Assembly: GCA_964016885.1 (NCBI GenBank) | Contig: CAXHJY010000861.1 | Coordinates: forward strand, 248,001-312,000 | Source of the DNA: Eledone cirrhosa | Taxonomy: Eukaryota | Direction: 5' to 3' | DNA: 64,000 nt | In this document: piece by piece, positions 54,968 to 64,000 of the stretch | How the letters are laid out: each line of letters begins with the position of its first letter | Numbering within the stretch: position 1 is the stretch's first letter | Translations under genes and position numbers: made by a program | Notes under the pieces: generated by a model | The model's database searches: none | What the model saw: the letters and a program-made list of their open reading frames with translations, nothing else | What the model was told of the DNA's origin: nothing

Positions 54968-57900
54968 AATGACCATGCTGTAAAATGGAGGGGTAGAGAG
55001 GGCCCTTGAGTCTAGTAAGACATCCTCTCTAGTGCTGGTGGCACAAATAAAAGCACCCAGTCCATGCTGTAAAGTGGCGCTGGTGTTAGGAAGGGCATCC
55101 AACCAGTGTATCAATGCCAAAAAGCTTATCAGCACAGCAACAAAACAGCATAGAAAAATATGAAGACGTCGCATCTCAGAGTTGCAACACTTAATGTTGG
55201 CACTCTCAGAGGTAGATCTGCTGAAATAGCGGAGATGCTGGAGAGAAGGCAGGTGGATGTGTGCTGCGTGCAAGAGGTGAGATGGAGAGGTGCCTCTGCG
55301 AGACTAGTCGTAGGCAAGCGTCTTAGCTATAAGCTATTCTGGGTAGGTAAGGATGATGGGTTAGGGGGAGTAGGCATTTTCCTGGCTGAGAAATGGATCA
55401 ATAAGACAATAGAGGTAGTTCGAGTTAGTAATCGAATAATTAAGCTTAGATTAGTTGTAGGTAGGAGACTACTGACAATCATCTCGGTCTATGCTCCCCA
55501 AGCAGGCCTAGGCATAGATGAGAAAGACTGCTTTTATGAGCAACTTTTGCAAACAACCACAATGACAGAGGACGGAGACATCTTTATGCTAGCAGGAGAC
55601 TTCAATGGTCATGTTGGACAGCTCCAGGATGGTTACACTGGGGTACTTGGTGGGCACGGTTACGGTTCAAGAAATGAAGAAGGCGTGAGACTTCTTGAAT
55701 TTTGTGATGCAAGTACATTGACTATTTGCAACACAAACTTCCAGAAACCTGCCAATCACCTAATAACCTACAAATCTGGTGAGCACATAAGCCAGATTGA
55801 CTTCCTGCTAGTTAGGCAGCGGGACAGGCAGATAGTGTCTAATACCAAGGCATACCCTGGGGAAGAATGTACCCCACAGCATAGGTTAGTTGTTAGTGAT
55901 ATCTCAGTAAGCAAGGGATGGAATGAGACATATAGGAAGGTGTGGAGAAGAAAGGTCTGGAAGCTAAAAGACCTTTCACTAAAATTCAAATTTAGGAAAG
56001 CCCTTCAAGATGTATATGACGAAAAAGAAGACGATTTAGAGACGTATGACATAGATAATAACTGGAAGTTCTTACGTGACAACTTGCTGAAGGCTACTGA
56101 TGAAACCTGTGGCTGGAGCAGAGCTCCAACCAGACAGAGAGTGACCTGGTGGTGGAACAGCAGTGTAGATAAGGCTATTAGAGACAAAAGACTAGCATGG
56201 AAGGCTTAGAATAAGGGTGGGAGTAGGGAAGAATATACAGCCACTAAGAGAGAAGCTAGACGTCAGGTGTACTTAGCACGCAGGGAGGCAGAGAGTAGGA
56301 GGTTTGCCAATGTTCTGCGACGGGAAGATCAGAGGCGTGCGGTGTTCCACATTGCAAGGCGGTGTGTCAATGCAAATCAGGATGTTGTTGGTGATAAATG
56401 TGTCCGGGATGATGCCGGTGTACTTAGTGTCACGAATGACCAGAAAAAGGAGGCCTGGAAATGTCATTATGAGAGACTGATGAATGTGGAGAACGAATGG
56501 GAGAGAGAGAAATTACCCTTGGTAGATCCGACAGAGGGACCAGCTATTGAGATTGACGAATATAGGGTCCAAGAGGCGATTAGGGAAATGAAAAATGGTA
56601 AGGCGGCCGGACCATCGGGAATAGTTGCTGAGATGCTGAAGGCATCAGGGGACGTAGGCAGTAAACTGGTTGCACGCATAATCAATCAGGCTATATATGG
56701 TGGTGTCATACCCAAAGACTGGTGCAGCAGTATTCTCATAAATTGCTACAAAGGTAAAGGGGATGCTTTGGAGAGGAGCAATTATAGGGGTATAAAACTG
56801 ATAGATCAGGTTATGAAAGTGGCAGAAAGGATTTTAGCACAACTAATTAGAGAAAGGGTCAAACTAGATGATGCAGTTTGGTTTTGTGCCTGGGAAGAGT
56901 ACAACAGATGCCCTCTTCTTGGTGAGACAAATGCAAGAGAGGTTCTTAGAGAAGAATAAGCCACTATACTTAGCCTTTGTTGACCTAGAGAAGGCCTTTG
57001 ATAGGGTACCCCGATCTGTCATCTGGTGGTCCCTAAGGAAGCTGGGTGTTGAGGAATGGCTTGTAAGGACAGTGCAAACTTTGTACAGAGGTACTCTCAG
57101 TAAAGTCAGGGTAGGAATGGAGTTTAGTGAGGAATTCCAGATACAAGTAGGAGTACATCAGGGTTCGGTCCTCAGCCCGCTCTTGTTCATTATAGTCCTC
57201 CAAGCCATAACAGAGGAGTTTAAGACTGGCTGTCCATGGGAACTTCTCTATGCTGACGATCTGGCTCTTATGGCAGAATCAGTAGAGGAGCTAGAGAATA
57301 AATTCCGGCTATGGAAACAGCAGTTGGAAGCAAGAGGACTGAGAGTAAATCTAGCTAAGACAAAAGTGTTGATGAGTAGAAAAGAGGACAAAACCCTGAT
57401 TCCGTCAGGGAAATGGCCATGTTCGATATGCAGAAAAGGAACAGGCATAAATTCTATAAAATGCACACAATGTAGGTCCTGGGTACACAAGAGATGTAGC
57501 GGGATAGCAGGCAAACTAACAGGTAGGGAGAAATATGTATGCAGTAGATGTACAGGGAAATTAGACAGTAGAAGTCGCACTGATAGACACATTTTTCAAA
57601 TGCGAGAGGGCGCTATAGAAGTGGTGGATAGCTTCCGGTACCTAGGAGATCAGATTAGCATGGGAGGAGGGTGTTCCGAGGCCATAGTATCTAGAATAAA
57701 GACGGGTTGGAAGAAGTTTAGGGAGCTGCTTCCTCTGTTGACGAAGAAGGGTTTCTCCCTGCGTACGAAAAGCCGGTTGTATGATGCCTGTGTGAGGAGC
57801 GCGATGCTGCATGGTAGTGAGACATGGGCAGCTACCGCGGAAGATATGCGACGGCTGGAGAGAAATGAGGCAAGCATGCTCCGTTGGATGTGCAGTGTAA

Positions 57901-58245
57901 ATGTGCGTGAACGACCCAGCATAAATGTGTTGAGAGAGAAACTGTGTCTGAGAGGGATAGAATGTAGTGTACGGGAGAGGAGACTGAGGTGGTACGGACA
58001 TGTGATGCGCATGGAGGATGACCGATGGGTGAAGAAGTGCCAGGAAATGCCAGTTGAAGGAAGACGTGGTAGAGCTAGACCACGAAAAACATGGGCGGAG
58101 GTGGTGAGAACAGACCTCAGATCATTGAAGCTCACGGTGGAGATAACGAGGGACCGTGACGAGTGGAGAGATGCTGTGCTGAATAAGACCCGTCCCACCC
58201 TTGCAAGCAGGGAAAAGCGGACGTAAAATGATGATGATGATGATG

Positions 58246-58246
<1 letters not shown>
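54968..58246 (+). mobile_element. RTE family C, near full-length, one stop (56209) and one frameshift (~56870); ORF ends directly at (TGA)n tail
   Basis: ORFs 55160..56209, 56267..56959, 56868..58226 give APE + RT + PHD. Confidence 0.94.
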
Positions 58247-58276
<30 letters not shown>

Positions 58277-58339
58277 CATATATATACACATATATATGTA
58301 TACATATATATATATATACATACACATATATATATATAC

Positions 58340-58370
<31 letters not shown>

Positions 58371-58669
58371 CATATATATACATATATATACACATATATA
58401 TACATATACATATATATATATATACATACACATATATATATATACACATATATATATATATACATATATATACACATATATATACATATACATATATATA
58501 TATATATACATATATATACACATATACATATATATATATACATATATATATATACATATACATATATACATATATATATATACATATATATATATACATA
58601 TATATATATATACATATATATATATACATATATATATATACATATATATATATACATATATATATATAC

Positions 58670-58716
<47 letters not shown>

Positions 58717-59120
58717 CATATATATATATACATATATATATACATATATATATATACATATATATATATACATATATATATATACACATATATATATATA
58801 CATATATATATATATACATATATATATATACACATATATATATATACATATATATATATACATATATATATATACACATATATATATATACATATATATA
58901 TATACATATATATATATATACATATATATATGTATATATATATATGTATATATATATATGTGTATATATATATATGTATATATATATATGTATATATATA
59001 TATGTGTATATATATATATGTATATATATATATATGTATATATATATATGTGTATATATATATATGTATATATATATATGTATATATATATATGTATATA
59101 TATATGCATATATATATATG

Positions 59121-59151
<31 letters not shown>

Positions 59152-59162
59152 GTATATATATG

Positions 59163-59230
<68 letters not shown>

Positions 59231-59249
59231 CATACATATATACATATAC

Positions 59250-59282
<33 letters not shown>

Positions 59283-59772
59283 CATATATATATATACATA
59301 TACACATATACATATATACATATATATATATACATATACATATATACATATACATATATATACATATATATATATACATATATATATATACATATATATA
59401 TATACATATACATATATACATATATATATATACATATACACATATATATATATACATATACATATATATATACATATATATATATACATACATATATATA
59501 TATACATATACATATACATATATATACATATATATACATATACATATATATATATATATATATATACATATACATACATATACATATATATATATATATA
59601 TATATACATATACATACATATACATATATATATACATATACATACATATATACATATACATATATATATATACATATATACATATATATATATATACATA
59701 TATATATATACATATATATATATATACATATACATATATATATATACATATATATATATATACATATACATA

Positions 59773-59810
<38 letters not shown>

Positions 59811-59817
59811 CATATAT
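58247..59817. repeat. ~1.57 kb variant (TA)n tract with internal polarity inversion
   Basis: CA-interrupted, then TG-interrupted (~58930-59200), then CA-interrupted again. Confidence 0.97.
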
Positions 59818-60158
59818 GGAGGCACATGGCTTAGTGGTTAGAGCATTGGCCTTGCAATCGAAAGGTTGTGAGTTCAATTCTCAGACCGGGTGATGTGTTG
59901 TTTCCTTGAGCAAGACACTTTATTTCACATTGCTCCAGTTTACTCAGCTGTAGAAATGAGATGATAGGGACTGAGTTCCCTATCATTCCACTGCAAAGTG
60001 GTCGTGGCGGTGCCACGGCAAAAAAGCACCCAGCACTCACTGTAAATGAGGTTGGTGTTAGGAAGGGCATCCAGCTGTAGAAATCAAGCCAGAATCAGTT
60101 CCCGTCCCACCCTTGCTCGCAAGGAAAAGTGGACGTAAAATGATGATGATGATGATGA
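59818..60158 (+). mobile_element. Complete tRNA-derived SINE with RTE-related body and tail
   Basis: A box TGGCTTAGTGG, B box GAGTTCAATTC, TCCTTGAGCAAGACACTT (V/CORE-like), GGTGTTAGGAAGGGCATCC, tail matching RTE-C, (TGA)n. Confidence 0.9.
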
Positions 60159-60235
60159 TATATATACATATATATATATATACATATACATATATATATA
60201 TATATATACATATATATATACATATATATATATAC

Positions 60236-60280
<45 letters not shown>

Positions 60281-60295
60281 CATATATATATATAC

Positions 60296-60327
<32 letters not shown>

Positions 60328-61598
60328 TCAGGTTTGAGGTTCACCACTGTATAGAGCTGGTCTATTCCGTATGGTCAATCGTAATGCAATAATATAGAGA
60401 GTACTCAACGTAAAGCAGTTCAACCGTCTTTGTTTTTGTAGTTGGTGGTGCTATTACGGAGTTAAATATTATAATGAAATGACAGGAGGCTGGATTTGTG
60501 TAAATACTTGAAAGGTTTATTATACTATGACCGGGTTCCGTATGAATCCGGTGATATCATCAGGTATTCGAAATATAATACGTGAATGTAATAGGTAAAA
60601 TCCATGGGGCTGAAAATCGAGACCCGAGGGCGACCGCTATTCTGTTCCTTCAACCTCAGCCGGTCGCCCTGGAGTGACGTGGCTAAATTTTATAGTATGC
60701 TACTACCGGTCAGATGAACGAAAACAGAAAGGGATGGGAGCATAGGTTAACGTCGATCCCATGACACAAGGTAAAAGAAAGAAAGAAAGGAAGGAGAGAG
60801 AAGAAGGGGGAAGAAAGAAGAAGAGAAGCCAGGGTTAATGTCAGCTAAAAGAGGAAGGCAACTACTACTGGTCAGATATAGGCAAGCAAGAGGGGGAAGG
60901 AAGATAAGTCTGCGGGAGGAGGGGAGAAGAGAAGGAAGGCAAGAGAGAAGTAGAAAAGTAAGGGTTGATGGCTACAAGAAGGAAGATAGAAGGAAAGAGG
61001 AAGAAAGGTCGATATTAATGTCAGACCACAGTCAAGCCAGGAGTGGCGCGAGAAAATTTTCACAGGGACCCGCATCTTAGCGGAGGTGAATATATTGGGA
61101 GTCAGTGTTTTACAGTGTTTAGACTTCTAGGATGAAGTTAAACAAATTAATAATCAATATTCAATATTAAAGAGGTTAGAAAATTTAAAGTTCAACAGTT
61201 TAACATTTAATTATATAATAGTTCCGATTTGTTCTGTAATTTAAAGGTACTATTTGGCGGTTAAAACAACGGCCGCGCCCCGGGCCCCATGGCGAATTAA
61301 GCCACGCCGAGTATTTTCATTTACTGAAAGAAGGGGAAATTTATTTTTCCAAGCACTCCAGGTGAGCTCGTTCGCCAGGGAGCTGGTCGCGCCACCATTA
61401 AAACCCACCCAACAGTCCGACAGAAAGTTGGAACTTTAAAATTTTGCTTAGAGAAGTAAAAGAGTAATGGTTGATAGCTACAAGAAGGAAGATAGAAAGA
61501 GAGAGGAAGGAAGGTCGATATTAATGTCACACCACAGTCGGGCCAGGAATGGCGCGACAAAATTTTCACAGGGACTCGCATCTTAGCAGAGGTGAATA
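60328..61598 (-). mobile_element. ORF-less element (PLE-type 3' region) with deleted hammerhead (~60521-60566) and internal ~145 bp direct repeat (60946-61092 / 61450-61598)
   Basis: 60465-60612 is the inverse of 61831-61991. Confidence 0.6.
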
Positions 61599-61602
61599 TA
61601 TG

Positions 61603-61667
<65 letters not shown>

Positions 61668-61707
61668 GTATATAAGTATATATATATATATATATGTATA
61701 TAATGTA

Positions 61708-61741
<34 letters not shown>

Positions 61742-61787
61742 TATGTATATATATATATATATGTATATGTATATATGTATGTATATG

Positions 61788-61825
<38 letters not shown>

Positions 61826-61876
61826 AGGGGTCAGCCCCATGGATTTTACCTATTACATTCACGTATTATATTTCGA

Positions 61877-61934
61877 ATACCTGATGATATCACCGGATTC
61901 ATATGGAACCCGGTCATTGAAATGATCATAGTAT
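61877..61934 (+). ncRNA. Type I hammerhead ribozyme with canonical core in inverted arm 61831-61991
   Basis: ATAC-CTGATGA-tatcaccgg...ccggtcatt-GAAA-t gatc a-TA-GTAT; palindromic stem III ATGATCAT; AATAAA follows. Confidence 0.8.
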
Positions 61935-62041
61935 AATAAACCTTTCAAGGATTTACACAAATCCAGCCTCCTGTCATTTCATTATAATATTATATATATA
62001 TATACATATACATACATATATATACATATACATACATATAC

Positions 62042-62127
<86 letters not shown>

Positions 62128-62290
62128 ATATATATACATATACATTTTGAGTTTATGTTGGTTGTATACCAACACCTCAGTATGCAGGCTGGAGCACTCG
62201 ACGAAGTGCGCAGGTTGGTTTGGTTACTCCGGAGTAGTGTAAAATAAAGTTAAATAAAAGTCAAATGATTAAAATTTAGCTTCGTTTATT

Positions 62291-62345
62291 ACTGCTATAT
62301 ATATTTCAATGACAGCCATCTTTGGCTGTGACCTCTTCAGGCAGT
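62291..62345 (-). ncRNA. Type I hammerhead ribozyme
   Basis: Minus strand: ACTGC-CTGAAGA-ggtcacagcca aaga tggctgtcatt-GAAA-t atat a-TA-GCAGT. Confidence 0.8.
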
Positions 62346-62367
62346 TTGAATTAGTATGCTAATTCAA

Positions 62368-62454
62368 ACTGCCTGAAGAGGTCACTGCCTGAAGAGGTCA
62401 CAGCCTGAAGAGGTCACAGCCAAAGATGGCTGTCACTGAAATATATATAGCAGT
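62368..62454 (+). ncRNA. Type I hammerhead ribozyme with triplicated 5' half-core
   Basis: (T/A)GCCTGAAGAGGTCAC three times, then stem II, GAAA-tatata-TA-GCAGT. Confidence 0.75.
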
Positions 62455-62505
62455 AATAAACGAAGCTAAATTTTAATCATTTGACTTTTATTTAACTTTA
62501 TTTTA

Positions 62506-64000
<1,495 letters not shown>

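Larger units (their letters stand above)
62146..62505. mobile_element. Palindromic ORF-less element (arms 62240-62354 / 62359-62505) carrying two outward-facing hammerheads
   Basis: Near-perfect fold-back centred on TTAG-TATG-CTAA. Confidence 0.8.

Noticed and set aside
59818-59892. tRNA-like sequence
   Set aside because: SINE head: acceptor and anticodon stems do not pair properly and it continues into a SINE body
61255-61305. HDV-like ribozyme suggested by GGCGAAT
   Set aside because: Could not build P1/P3/L3; HDV-like folds were also not convincing in the RTE 5' UTRs or at 45015-45100
62370-62417. CRISPR-like short repeats
   Set aside because: Three contiguous 16-mers without spacers in a eukaryotic context, no cas genes

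Overview
Gene-free, repeat-saturated animal DNA, probably cephalopod/octopus-like. That is an inference from the RTE/SINE 'GGTGTTAGGAAGGGCATCC' body and the extreme (TA)n content. The window is a mosaic of retroelements, most embedded between variant (TA)n microsatellite tracts. It holds at least four RTE LINE families (one copy with an uninterrupted ~1060-aa APE-RT ORF with a PHD finger inside the RT region), two CR1-group LINE families, a tRNA-headed SINE and five different Penelope-like elements (PLEs; RT and/or C-terminal GIY-YIG). The main non-obvious signal is a set of type I hammerhead ribozyme (HHR) motifs read directly from the sequence: seven sequence types in about ten copies, including U3-A8 core variants, palindromic stem III loops and very long stem II. 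They lie in PLE 3' ends and in small ORF-less inverted-repeat or palindromic elements that end in (TA)n on both sides. All long Tyr/Ile-repeat ORFs are microsatellite artefacts.
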